A stretch of DNA of 57,739 bases from Sphingomonas sp. (GTDB lineage: Bacteria; Pseudomonadota; Alphaproteobacteria; Sphingomonadales; Sphingomonadaceae). The notes beneath the pieces are model-generated. The model was not told the DNA's origin. It saw nothing but the letters and a program-made list of their open reading frames with translations, and made no database searches. The position numbers and the translations under genes are program-made. Each line of letters begins with the position of its first letter. Position 1 is the first letter of the stretch. The stretch covers positions 1 through 57,739 of the forward strand of contig PNLG01000208.1 in NCBI GenBank assembly GCA_013822915.1. The letters are read 5' to 3'. Shown piece after piece: positions 20,133-29,821 of this stretch.

Positions 20133-21568
20133 GCCGCCTTCCTCCCAACCTTGCCGAGATCGCGCAGATAACGCCCCATCTGCGCCGCCACGTCACGCCC
20201 ATCGCGCAGCGCCCACACCACCAGCGACGCGCCGCGCACGATGTCGCCTGCCGCAAACACACCGGGCAGGCTGGTTTGCATCGTGGCCGCATCAACCACC
20301 ACCGTGCCCCAGCGCGTCACGCGCAGGTCGGGCGCGTCGAACAGCACGGGCAGGGGTTCGGCGTCAAAGCCCAGCGCCTTGATGACCAGATCGGCGGGCA
20401 TCTCCTCCGCTGCCCCCGGATCGGGCTCGGGCGCGCGCCTGCCGCTCGCGTCAGGCGCGCCGAGCCGCATCCGCCCGACGCTGACCGACTGCACGGGGTC
20501 GCCCGCAAACCCCTCTGGCGCGGCGAGCCAGACGAACTCGACGCCCTCTTCTTCGGCATTGGCGACTTCGCGCTGGCTGCCGGGCATGTTCGCGCGATCG
20601 CGGCGGTAGAGGCATTTGACCGAGGCCGCGCCCTGGCGAACCGCCGTGCGCACGCAGTCCATCGCGGTGTCGCCGCCGCCGATCACCACGACATGCTTGC
20701 CCGCCGCGTTTAGTGCGCCTGAATCGAATTCGGGCACCGTATCGCCAAAACACTGGCGGTTCGACGCGATCAGATAGTCGAGCGCGTCGACCACCCCGCT
20801 CACCTCGACGCCAGAAACCTGAATGGCGCGCGGCTTGTAGACGCCGGTTGCGATCAGCACCCCATCATGGCGATCGCGCAGTTCATTGAGCGTGACGTCG
20901 CGACCGATTTCGACATTCTGGTGAAACTCAATGCCGCCCGCCGCCAGCCGGTCAATCCGGCGCATCACTACCGGCTTCTCCAGCTTGAAGCCGGGAATGC
21001 CATAGGTCAGCAGCCCGCCAGCGCGGTCGTGCCGGTCATAGACATGAACCGCATGCCCCAGGCCACACAGATGCTCGGCGGCGGCTAGCCCAGCGGGCCC
21101 CGCGCCGATAATCGCAACCGACCGGCCCGTTGGTGGACCGGCGAGGAGCGGCTCGACCCAGCCATTGTCCCAGGCGGTATCGGTAATGAATTTTTCGACG
21201 GCACCAATTGTCACCGCGCCATGCCCCGCGGTCTCGATCACGCAATTGCCCTCGCACAGCCGGTCCTGCGGACAGATGCGCCCGCAAATTTCGGGCATGG
21301 TCGAGGTGGCGTTGGACAGCTCATACGCCTCGCGCAGCCGCCCCTCCGCCGTCAGTCGCAGCCAGTCGGGGATGTGGTTGTGGAGCGGGCAATGGACCGA
21401 GCAATAAGGCACGCCACACTGCGAACAGCGCGCGGCCTGCGCTTCGCCTGCGAGATGGGCATAGCGATCGGCAATCTCTTGAAAATCACTGGCGCGCGAA
21501 TCTGCGGCGCGCTTTGCCGGATAGGCCTGCGCCGTGCCCACAAATTTCAGCATCGGTTCGTGCGCCAT
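20129..21568 (-). CDS. gltD: Glutamate synthase small subunit
   Basis: CSQCGVPYCSVHCP and GRICPQDRLCEGNC Fe-S motifs; GAGPAG; GGGDTAMD. Confidence 0.96.
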   Translation of the reverse strand: MAHEPMLKFVGTAQAYPAKRAADSRASDFQEIADRYAHLAGEAQAARCSQCGVPYCSVHCPLHNHIPDWLRLTAEGRLREAYELSNATSTMPEICGRICPQDRLCEGNCVIETAGHGAVTIGAVEKFITDTAWDNGWVEPLLAGPPTGRSVAIIGAGPAGLAAAEHLCGLGHAVHVYDRHDRAGGLLTYGIPGFKLEKPVVMRRIDRLAAGGIEFHQNVEIGRDVTLNELRDRHDGVLIATGVYKPRAIQVSGVEVSGVVDALDYLIASNRQCFGDTVPEFDSGALNAAGKHVVVIGGGDTAMDCVRTAVRQGAASVKCLYRRDRANMPGSQREVANAEEEGVEFVWLAAPEGFAGDPVQSVSVGRMRLGAPDASGRRAPEPDPGAAEEMPADLVIKALGFDAEPLPVLFDAPDLRVTRWGTVVVDAATMQTSLPGVFAAGDIVRGASLVVWALRDGRDVAAQMGRYLRDLGKVGRKAA

Positions 21569-21729
21569 GGTTCCCACCAATTCAGAAGGCGCGCAGCTTT
21601 ATTACAGAGCGACAATGGAGTCACGCATTAATGCCACTATAGGACAGTTGTTATGCCCTTATTTTTCCAATGCTCTCACCGCCGCCGCAGTTCAACCACG
21701 GGACATCGCATTTTAGTACCGTATCGGCC

Positions 21730-22539
21730 CTATCTGGCCATCAGCCAGATCAGCGCGACGCTGCCCACGACGATCCGATACCAGGCGAACGGCCCAAAAC
21801 CATGCTTGCCGACAATGCCAACGAACCAGCGCACCACCAGCAGCGCGACGACAAACGCCACCACAAAACCGAGCGCAATCCCGCCCCAGCCCACGCCATT
21901 GGCGGCGGCCAGCGTATCGCGGTGGCTGGCCAGTTCGACCACACTCGCGCCGAGCATGGTCGGAATCGCGAGGAAAAAGCTGAATTCGGCCGCTGTGCGC
22001 CGCTCCACCCCCAAGGTCAGCGCGCCCAATATCGTCGCCCCCGACCGGCTGACCCCGGGGATCATCGCCAGACATTGCAACACGCCAATCCCAAGCGCGG
22101 TGCGCGCCGGAATATCGGCAATGCCGCCTGGCTTGCCCGGCTTGACCACGCGCTCGATCACCAAAATCGCAACGCCGCCCGCGATCAGCGCCACCGCGAC
22201 CACCACCGGGTTGAGCAGCAACGCCTCAATCTGCTTGCGAAACGCCAGCCCGATGACGACAGCGGGCGTGAACGCGATCAGCAGATTGGCGACAAACCGC
22301 CCCGCCCCCGCCTCCCCGCGCAACAGCCCCTGCATCACAACCCAAAAAGTGCGCCAATAAAGCACGACCACGGCCAGAATAGCGCCAAGCTGAATAATGA
22401 TGTCGAACAATTGCCACTTGGCGTCGCTATAGCCCAGCAACGCGCCCGCGAGGATCAAATGCCCCGTCGATGACACGGGCAAGAACTCGGTAATCCCCTC
22501 GACAATGCCGAGCAGGATGATGGTCAAAACATCGCTCAC
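21730..22539 (-). CDS. uppP: Undecaprenyl-diphosphate phosphatase (BacA)
   Basis: EGITEFLPVSSTGH and PGVSRSG motifs. Confidence 0.95.
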   Translation of the reverse strand: MSDVLTIILLGIVEGITEFLPVSSTGHLILAGALLGYSDAKWQLFDIIIQLGAILAVVVLYWRTFWVVMQGLLRGEAGAGRFVANLLIAFTPAVVIGLAFRKQIEALLLNPVVVAVALIAGGVAILVIERVVKPGKPGGIADIPARTALGIGVLQCLAMIPGVSRSGATILGALTLGVERRTAAEFSFFLAIPTMLGASVVELASHRDTLAAANGVGWGGIALGFVVAFVVALLVVRWFVGIVGKHGFGPFAWYRIVVGSVALIWLMAR

Positions 22540-22585
22540 ACTTCCCCCGGATCCTCGAAATGACAGCGCAGGCCAACGGAGCCGT

Positions 22586-23515
22586 TCAGGCAGTCGCGGT
22601 AAAGCGGCCATTGCGGCGATATTGCACCAGCCAGCCCGGCGCAATCGCGTCCATCGGCGTCGGCACAATCCCAAACGCCGCCATGCCCATCGCATCGGGT
22701 GCGACGACATTATCGCTTTGCAACATCTTCCACTGATCGCGCGTAATCGGCGCGCCGGGCAAAAAGCCGAACGCTGCTATCATCGCCGACACGGCATCGG
22801 GCACATCGACCACCAAAGGCGATTGGCCGTTTTGTGCAGCGATCCACTCGATCAGGCCACGCATTGTTACAATGTCAGGCCCGCCCAACGCAAATGTCTG
22901 GCCGCCAAATCGCCCAGGCTCAGCAAGCGCGGCCACAATCGCGCGCGCGACATCGCCGACATAGACGGGCTGAAACCGGGCGCTGCCTCGCACTACGGGC
23001 ACGACGGGCGCGGCCGCGATCATCGCGGCAAAGCGGTTCACAAACTGATCCTCGCGGCCAAAAACGATCGACGGGCGCAAGATCGTCGCTGCCGGGAAAG
23101 CGGCGCGCACCATTGCTTCACCCTCGCCCTTGCTGCGGCCATAGGCCGATGGCGAGTGCGGGTCTGCGCCAATCGCCGATATCTGCACCAGCGCGCTGAC
23201 CCCGGCGCGCGCGGCAGCCGTTGCGACATTGCCCGCGCCCGCCGCCTGAAACGCGTGAAAATCGCCCTTTAATATACCGACAAGATTGACGACTGCGTCG
23301 CTCCCCTGCACCGCCCGCGCAATGCTATCGGGTCGGCGGATGTCGGCGGCCACAAATTGCGTTTGACCTAGATTGCCAAGCGGTTTCAGGAACAAAGCGG
23401 CTTTGGGATTGCGCTGTGCCACGCGCACCCGCGCGCCATGCGCCAGCAATTCCTGCGCGACATAGCGGCCAAGAAAACCGCCCCCGCCGATCAGCGTGAC
23501 CATCTTGTCCTTCAT
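22586..23515 (-). CDS. Complex I NDUFA9-family NAD-dependent epimerase
   Basis: GGGGFLGRY, YGRSKGEGE, RPSIVFG and QPVYVGD motifs. Confidence 0.9.
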   Translation of the reverse strand: MKDKMVTLIGGGGFLGRYVAQELLAHGARVRVAQRNPKAALFLKPLGNLGQTQFVAADIRRPDSIARAVQGSDAVVNLVGILKGDFHAFQAAGAGNVATAAARAGVSALVQISAIGADPHSPSAYGRSKGEGEAMVRAAFPAATILRPSIVFGREDQFVNRFAAMIAAAPVVPVVRGSARFQPVYVGDVARAIVAALAEPGRFGGQTFALGGPDIVTMRGLIEWIAAQNGQSPLVVDVPDAVSAMIAAFGFLPGAPITRDQWKMLQSDNVVAPDAMGMAAFGIVPTPMDAIAPGWLVQYRRNGRFTATA

Positions 23516-23600
23516 CTTGGTTCCTCTAGCGTCAATCCCGACGCGCGAGCCATGCCGCCCCGTTGCGCAAACGGCAAGCGCGAAGAGGTGCGATCGCGTG

Positions 23601-23630
23601 TTGACAAGCATGCGCCCCCTCCCCTAGAGC
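23601..23630 (+). promoter_or_regulatory. Probable sigma70 promoter of tRNA-Leu
   Basis: Perfect TTGACA at 23601-23606 with a weak -10 (TAGAGC), about 55 bp upstream of the tRNA. Confidence 0.55.
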
Positions 23631-23660
23631 GCGCCGCCTACCTGATGTGCAAACATCCGT

Positions 23661-23747
23661 GCCCAGATGGCGGAATTGGTAGACGCACCAGCTTCAGGTG
23701 CTGGCGCTCGCAAGGGCGTGGAGGTTCGAGTCCTCTTCTGGGCACCA
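23661..23747 (+). tRNA. tRNA-Leu (CAG)
   Basis: Acceptor stem GCCCAGA/TCTGGGC; anticodon arm CCAGC-TTCAGGT-GCTGG; long variable arm; GTTCGAG T-loop; encoded CCA. Confidence 0.98.
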
Positions 23748-25340
23748 CTTCCGGTCAAAACCGCGAACCGCGGGGCCGGCTTTCGTGTTGCCCTTGGTGG
23801 CAGCCGCTTCGAGCACCGCGGTGGAACCAGCGACGACGATATCGTTGTCGTTGACCGACACGCTGCCTACCAACATCCGCACATAGGAGCGCCGCAGGTC
23901 GGCGTTCTGTCCCATAATCTCCGCTCGCAGGATCGCGCCGAACCGCTCGATGGAAGCATCGTCGATAATGTGAGCACCAGCACCCAGTTGGTTCTGTAAG
24001 CTGTGCTCGGTTTCGGTCAGTGCCGCGATTGATGCGCGTCCTTCGGCAAGCTTCTCGCCGAAGATCGCATCGCGCGGACTCATCAGCCCTTCTTCGACGA
24101 GTTCGAGAAGACGACGCAGCCGAGTTTCGGCGGCGATCCGTTCGCGGCGAACGCGGTCAAGATCATCCTTGCGCCGCTTCTCGGCATCGTCCGACCGGTC
24201 AAGAACATCGGCGAGGAGAAGCTTTAGCCGCGAGGGTTCAAGGACGCGCTGCAGCAGGCCTGTGAGCACGATGCTGTCCAAAGCATCCTCTCGAATCGCC
24301 TTGCTAGGGCAGCTCGTGGCACCAGCTGTCGCCTTACGATTGCAAATATAATAGCGATAGGCACCACCCTTGCCACTTCTCAGAACCATGCCAGACCCGC
24401 ATTCGGGATGGCCGCACCTAGCAATTCCGGTCAAGAGCACTGGGGAATTAGTGATCCGCGGGGGTGTGACCCTCGGAGCAGCCTTGGCGCGTATCGCGGC
24501 GACGTTTGCGATGACGTCGGGCGCGATGATCTGCGGGCAAGACACGACGATCGCCTCCGCCTCGGTCGGCTTCACGCCCTTCGCGTCGGCTGTGCGATCG
24601 CGGTAAGCGCCGGCATAATGCTGGCGATTGAGGATTCCATCGACATTGCTGTGGAAGAAGGACTTGCCACGCAATGTATAACCATTGGCATTGAGGTGCT
24701 TCGCGATGGCGCGGGTGCCCATCGGCTGGCCGTTCAAACCGAAGGTGGCCAGCTTGTAGATGAAGCGGACAATCGCCGCTTCCTCCTCGACAATGACGAG
24801 CTTCTTTCGGCCCTTGCGCCCGTCAGTGACGACCACCCGTGATTCGTAGCCAAATGGAACCGGGCCCCCGTTCCAATAGCCCGCGTTCGCATTGCCCCGG
24901 CGGTCGCGGCAGGTGAAGATCGAGGCGTCGTTGGCGTATTTCTCGTTCATCACCGCGATCATCGAGCGCATCATCCGTCCGTTGGGATCGTCGGCGATGT
25001 CCTCGACAAGCGACACCAGCCGCACGCCCGCCTCTGACAGCCTGTGCTCGGCCGTGACCTGCGTCAGCAGACGGCGTGCGAAGCGGCTCAGCGCATACAC
25101 GACAATCAGATCCACCGGCCGGTCGGCAGCGGTCGCCTGGGCGATCATTCGATCGAATTCACGCCGATGGAGCTTGCGGCCGGAGACGTTCAGCTCCTCG
25201 AACTCTTCGGCTACAGTCCAGCCTTGCCGTTCGCAGTAGGAACGGCATGCAGCACGTTGAGCTGCCCCGGAAGCGTTGTTGCCGTCTTCGTCGTCGTTAC
25301 TAACTCGGGCATAGATATAGGCGCGGAGCGGCTGGGTCAT
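23694..25340 (-). CDS. Large serine recombinase (integrase); C-terminus runs antisense into the tRNA
   Basis: YARVS catalytic Ser, SRFAR, GGPVPFGY recombinase domain, Zn ribbon (CGHPEC...C...C) and coiled coil. Confidence 0.95.
   Translation of the reverse strand: MTQPLRAYIYARVSNDDEDGNNASGAAQRAACRSYCERQGWTVAEEFEELNVSGRKLHRREFDRMIAQATAADRPVDLIVVYALSRFARRLLTQVTAEHRLSEAGVRLVSLVEDIADDPNGRMMRSMIAVMNEKYANDASIFTCRDRRGNANAGYWNGGPVPFGYESRVVVTDGRKGRKKLVIVEEEAAIVRFIYKLATFGLNGQPMGTRAIAKHLNANGYTLRGKSFFHSNVDGILNRQHYAGAYRDRTADAKGVKPTEAEAIVVSCPQIIAPDVIANVAAIRAKAAPRVTPPRITNSPVLLTGIARCGHPECGSGMVLRSGKGGAYRYYICNRKATAGATSCPSKAIREDALDSIVLTGLLQRVLEPSRLKLLLADVLDRSDDAEKRRKDDLDRVRRERIAAETRLRRLLELVEEGLMSPRDAIFGEKLAEGRASIAALTETEHSLQNQLGAGAHIIDDASIERFGAILRAEIMGQNADLRRSYVRMLVGSVSVNDNDIVVAGSTAVLEAAATKGNTKAGPAVRGFDRKWCPEEDSNLHALASAST
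23730..23748 (+). repeat. attL, GTCCTCTTCTGGGCACCAC (tRNA 3' end)
   Basis: 17/19 identical to 55589-55607. Confidence 0.85.
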
Positions 25341-25358
25341 GTCAGGTCCTCAGATCGG

Positions 25359-25613
25359 TCAAACGGCCTTGTCGAACAGCGTCGCGAGCCGGTCGCGTAG
25401 ACAGTGGTATACGAGTGCCGCCTCACCAGGCAGCAGTTTATCAATCCGCTCGGGAACGTCGGTGCAGGCGATTTTCGCATCAGAATCGAGTGGACGTGCA
25501 GGGTCAACCCCCGCGGATGGACGATTCGCAGGAGTTGCGTCCAAAAACGAGTCACGCTCGGCGCCAGTCGCCTGGCACAGCGAAATGCAGGTGGGAGGAT
25601 GACGGTCGGCCAC
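25359..25613 (-). CDS. Small hypothetical protein upstream of the recombinase (possible directionality factor)
   Basis: Co-oriented, fills the parB-recombinase gap, ends 18 bp before the recombinase ATG; amphipathic C-terminal helix; start uncertain. Confidence 0.45.
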   Translation of the reverse strand: MADRHPPTCISLCQATGAERDSFLDATPANRPSAGVDPARPLDSDAKIACTDVPERIDKLLPGEAALVYHCLRDRLATLFDKAV

Positions 25614-25641
25614 GGCCGATGCCTCAAGTCAGCCGATCGCC

Positions 25642-27036
25642 TTAGTAGCCAAGCAACTTGTCGAGTGCCTCATGAAGGAGGTGGCGGACCTCCGCCTTCC
25701 GCCGGTCGTCCAGTGCGGTCGTGTCGACCAGGAGGCGAATGCTGGGGAATTGGTCAGCCGTCATTTCGACCATGGCGACGGCGTCGCCGCTCGAATCCTC
25801 CACGCAGTCGATGATCTCGAGCGCCTGGATTTCACCAAGGGCTTCGGCACCCTTTTCCGTCTCGGCAGTCGTCTTGGCCTTGCCCGGCTTGGCAAGGCCG
25901 AGCTTCGCCAGCGCCTCGGCCGTGGCGAACCGCTCGGGCTTTGCGAGCAGTGCCTCCAGCTTCGCGTTGAGCCGGGCGACTGCGCCCTTCTCGGGTGCAC
26001 GCTTCGGATGCGCTGTATCGTCATCGGCGGCAGCGTCGCGCCGCTGCTGAACCTTGTAGAGATAATCGATCGGCGGGTCCTCCGCCTTGATGTGGAGCTC
26101 GGCGAAGCGGGGCGCCTCCAAGTAGATTTCGGCGGCCGCCAGCTCCCGTGTGACCCGGCTCTCGGTCCAGCCGATCCGGGCGGCCAGCACCATCTGCGGC
26201 ACGTTCCAGGCGCGGTGGAACTGGAGAAGCAGGATCGACTTGTCGATCTTGCGTGACTTCAGCGTAAGGAACGTCGCGGCGAAGCGGTTGTAGAGATCGG
26301 CATTCTTTGCGCCGGTCCATTCGATTACGCGAACCAGGAGGTTCGCGGTGTTGCCGAACTGGAAGCGCATGGCCATGACGCGCGCCCATCCGTCGACGAC
26401 GTGCCAGTCATCGCTGACCTTCATCACAACGATCGGCGCGATATTGTCCGGCGTCTGCACGGCATGGAGCAGTGCCTCCCCCGCGCCGCTGTCAAAATCA
26501 TAGACGCCGCTTGGCGACTGGTCACCGATCAAGAGGTCGCACAGCGGCACCTTGAACTCGCCCGGCTCGAACGGTGCGGCGGGAAACTCTTTGAAAATGC
26601 CCCCATTCGTGTCGATCGCGGCCACCTCGGCCACCGGCGGGTCGACCGCATCAGCACTGTCAGTAGCGGCGCTCTCGCCATCACGATCACTCGCGTCGTC
26701 CGCCGCGCCCTCGCTTTGAGTTACGTCCGGCAATGCCGGGGCTGGGTCAAATAGTCCGACATCAGCATGGACGGCATTATCCGGTGTGGTGGTGTCCTCG
26801 GCGGCGGCGCGGCCTGCCACTTGGGCACTCGCGTCGCTGATGGTATCCTCCGACTGGGACACCGGCTCGGCCATGCCAGTGTCAGCGGCTTCCTGCGCCA
26901 GCATGTCAGGCGCGGCGTCCTCTTCGCGCTGAACGATATCGCCGCTGGTGTCCGCCTTTGTATCCGGCGCGGTCTCGGGCTTCACACTTGCCGCAAAGTC
27001 AGCGGCGATCTTGGAAAAATCAGTCTGTTTGGTCAC
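25642..27036 (-). CDS. ParB/Srx-like protein with HTH and long acidic N-terminal extension
   Basis: APIVV...HVVDGWAR (ParB DGxxR-like box) and QMVLAARIGWTESRVTREL HTH; GGGAGA RBS before GTG. Confidence 0.7.
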   Translation of the reverse strand: MTKQTDFSKIAADFAASVKPETAPDTKADTSGDIVQREEDAAPDMLAQEAADTGMAEPVSQSEDTISDASAQVAGRAAAEDTTTPDNAVHADVGLFDPAPALPDVTQSEGAADDASDRDGESAATDSADAVDPPVAEVAAIDTNGGIFKEFPAAPFEPGEFKVPLCDLLIGDQSPSGVYDFDSGAGEALLHAVQTPDNIAPIVVMKVSDDWHVVDGWARVMAMRFQFGNTANLLVRVIEWTGAKNADLYNRFAATFLTLKSRKIDKSILLLQFHRAWNVPQMVLAARIGWTESRVTRELAAAEIYLEAPRFAELHIKAEDPPIDYLYKVQQRRDAAADDDTAHPKRAPEKGAVARLNAKLEALLAKPERFATAEALAKLGLAKPGKAKTTAETEKGAEALGEIQALEIIDCVEDSSGDAVAMVEMTADQFPSIRLLVDTTALDDRRKAEVRHLLHEALDKLLGY

Positions 27037-27090
27037 GGTCTTTCTCCCGCTCGAGCGGCGGGATGCCGACGAGTGGGAGTTCAGTTATCG

Positions 27091-29046
27091 TCAATGGATC
27101 GTCTGATTTAGAGGACCCCCCTTGTTCGCCGCGATGAATCTTGCAAGCGATAGGCGCTCGTTCGCGGTCAGTGGTGCCGGCGGCGGCGTCGCAGAGTGAT
27201 TGCCGCCACGCCCACGGTTCGGCGAACGCACGCAATCGTGTTTACGGGCATGAGGGTCGCGCATCATATCGGTCGCAGAGACCTGGCCACGCGCTGCGGC
27301 TCTGAGGCAAAATTGGAGCTCATCCGCTGGGATCGAGCTGTCAAAGCAGCCGGGGAACGCAATCTCATGGTCAAGGCCAACATTGTCCCACGCCAGCCGC
27401 AGCATGTCGGTTTCACGATAGGGATCGAACCAGATCGCAGGCATGAAACAGATCGTATGTCCAATTGTCGTCGGATCGTTGGTGACGAACTGGCTGGGTT
27501 CGTGCCGCGCTTTAGCAACCATGCCCGCGAGAAAGTCGTCGCCAAACCACTTGGAACGGGCGGCAACCGAGCCGGCTGGCGCGCCATTGCCATGGAGCGT
27601 CTCCCATCGGCGAGGGTTGGCGACGACGTCGCCCAAGCTGACAGGAAAAGGCGGCGTTGCCGTAGCGGGATGCTTCTTTTTCCGAGCGCACGTCGTCGCA
27701 TCGACGGCTTCACGCAGAATCGACCACCCGGTTGCTGGGCAGATGCGGGCGATTGGGAGGAGCGCGAGACGACCGATCGCGCTGTCGGTCAAGATATCAA
27801 ACAACGGCGGCGACTGATTTTGCTTGCGGCCCTTGGACCATCCTAGCCAATCACGGACTTCGAGCAGAAACCGGATCGCCAACAAGCGAACATCGCGTCC
27901 TGCGAAGAACTGCGCTGGTTCTTCGCCCTGCACATCGCGCAATCGCGAGTCGAGCACGAAAGGTGGTGCGGTGCGCGCATTGAACCCTGCCAGGTCCAGC
28001 GCCGGTTCGCTGACACAACCTTCGATCTCGTCGGTCATGTTCGCGTCCCCACCAGGACCGAAAGACCAGTGGGGATGTCGGGGATTATGGCCCATCGCCA
28101 TCCCGTCGCCGAACAACAGCGCGAGCGCGCCGCGGTGGCACCACATGCTGCCGACGTAGCGACCCGTGGGACTGTCAGCTGCGACCGCGCCAGCCAGCAT
28201 CGACGTCGAGCCAAGCGCCGCCATCAACTTCGTCATCATGACGCGGCTTGGGCCGCCAATCGCAAACATCAGCTCAAAAAATCGCTCCGCCTCCCAGAAC
28301 AGCGCGACGACTGCCCGGAACTTGTCGCGGGGATCCTTGACGGCCCGCAGGAACTGCATGTCCGGCATCCGACGGTTTTCCCGCAGCAGCCTTTGCACAC
28401 GCCCTGCGTCGCGGCGCCAGACCGCGTCGAACATGGCCGGCCATCCGCCGAGCAGCGTTTCGAGGAGGCTGATCCAGTCGATCAGCGTGACGTCCAAGAC
28501 CTGGCGTAGCAATTCATCGGCGCAGTGGTCCGCGTCATACGCCTGTCCGGTATAGTCTGGGTCAGTGACCAGCCTTCCCTTGTGATCGCGGCATACTCGC
28601 TCGAGATAGACTTTGGGGTCACGGGACACCCGACCCAGATTGGCGTCAACGCCGAACCAATAGGGCCAGCGGTAGATCACTGCTTGGCAGAGGTCGGCAC
28701 TGTTAGCCGGTGACTGGAGGGCGGCCTCGCGTTGGGCCGTGACAGTGTCCTCATATTTGCGGGCCATGTTCATCATGCGATCCATCACGGGATGGAATTC
28801 ACCGACGATGTCGCGCAGGCCGGGCAGCCTGCCGTGGCGCCATCCGGCTGCGCGCGTTTCGCGGCCCAGTATGCGGATGTCCGCCATTGATGGAGGCAAC
28901 CAGTCCTTCGCCTTCTCAAGCACCGAAGTCGGCACGGCGTCGGGATTAGCCGCCATCTCTTCGGCGATAGCTGCGGCAACCCCAGCCATCATGGGGCTCG
29001 TTGGCTGACGCGGGTGCAGACTGCTGCTGCTATGTATTGCGGCCAT
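27091..29046 (-). CDS. Hypothetical protein (~650 aa)
   Basis: Long ORF in the leftward operon, GGAGAAG RBS before ATG 29046; no family recognised. Confidence 0.7.
   Translation of the reverse strand: MAAIHSSSSLHPRQPTSPMMAGVAAAIAEEMAANPDAVPTSVLEKAKDWLPPSMADIRILGRETRAAGWRHGRLPGLRDIVGEFHPVMDRMMNMARKYEDTVTAQREAALQSPANSADLCQAVIYRWPYWFGVDANLGRVSRDPKVYLERVCRDHKGRLVTDPDYTGQAYDADHCADELLRQVLDVTLIDWISLLETLLGGWPAMFDAVWRRDAGRVQRLLRENRRMPDMQFLRAVKDPRDKFRAVVALFWEAERFFELMFAIGGPSRVMMTKLMAALGSTSMLAGAVAADSPTGRYVGSMWCHRGALALLFGDGMAMGHNPRHPHWSFGPGGDANMTDEIEGCVSEPALDLAGFNARTAPPFVLDSRLRDVQGEEPAQFFAGRDVRLLAIRFLLEVRDWLGWSKGRKQNQSPPLFDILTDSAIGRLALLPIARICPATGWSILREAVDATTCARKKKHPATATPPFPVSLGDVVANPRRWETLHGNGAPAGSVAARSKWFGDDFLAGMVAKARHEPSQFVTNDPTTIGHTICFMPAIWFDPYRETDMLRLAWDNVGLDHEIAFPGCFDSSIPADELQFCLRAAARGQVSATDMMRDPHARKHDCVRSPNRGRGGNHSATPPPAPLTANERLSLARFIAANKGGPLNQTIH
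27108..27123. repeat. 16-bp direct repeat TTAGAGGACCCCCCTT, copy 1
   Basis: Exact copy at 30516-30531. Confidence 0.85.
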
Positions 29047-29821
29047 CGGACTTCTCCAAATCATCAAGGAACGCGACATCTTCTTCGCGGACGACGCCGA
29101 TCACATGCGCCGACCATCTGTTCATGGTGCGTTCTAGGACGGTCACCCGGTTAACCCCAACGTGTGCCAGCTGAAGGGCAGCCACATTGTCCCGGATCGG
29201 GACATCTGCTGCCAGCTTGGGCAGTAGCAGCGCAAGTTCGCGGGCCACCGCAACATATTCGCGCTCGATCTGACGTAGGTCGCGCACCTGGTGATAATGC
29301 CTGTCACGATCGGTCCATTCGAGCGCCGGCGCGCTGCTGTGCAACGGCGTTCGGCATGTCGCCGGGTTGGCGAGCAGGACCGCGTGCGCTTCGCCGAAAG
29401 TGGCGAGAATTGGCGTCGGCTTGCCGTCGTGGATCGCCTGCTGCTTGAGCACGTCAATCTGCTCAGAGCTTGGTGACGCGCACATTGCGGTATTGTCGTC
29501 GCGGCGCTGCGCATGCTGGTCGTAGCAGCGGTGCAACTGGCCGATGAAGCTCGCCTGCAAGTCGATCTTCGTGATCACCGCGATCGCGCGAGCCGCCTCG
29601 TGGCGAACAAATCGGGCCAGATCTTCCTGGAGGACGAAGAAGCGCGCCCGCAGCCTATCCATCCCTTCATGGATGGCAAGGAAGGCATCGTCGTCGGAGT
29701 GCGTGATGCTGTCGCGTAGCGCGAGCAGTTCGGCCCTGACCTGCTGGCGCTCCTGCTCGATGGCTTGGTGGTCAGTTAGTTCGTGAACGACGCCCGCGCG
29801 GTCGGTCCATTGGAACTTCAT
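29030..29821 (-). CDS. Hypothetical protein with internal duplication
   Basis: Two WTDR-x4-H-x3-D-x3-IE repeats; ATGA overlap with the upstream gene. Confidence 0.75.
   Translation of the reverse strand: MKFQWTDRAGVVHELTDHQAIEQERQQVRAELLALRDSITHSDDDAFLAIHEGMDRLRARFFVLQEDLARFVRHEAARAIAVITKIDLQASFIGQLHRCYDQHAQRRDDNTAMCASPSSEQIDVLKQQAIHDGKPTPILATFGEAHAVLLANPATCRTPLHSSAPALEWTDRDRHYHQVRDLRQIEREYVAVARELALLLPKLAADVPIRDNVAALQLAHVGVNRVTVLERTMNRWSAHVIGVVREEDVAFLDDLEKSDGRNT

Noticed and set aside
23438-23999. ORFs spanning the tRNA on the plus strand
   Set aside because: They are translations of the tRNA and of recombinase antisense sequence.
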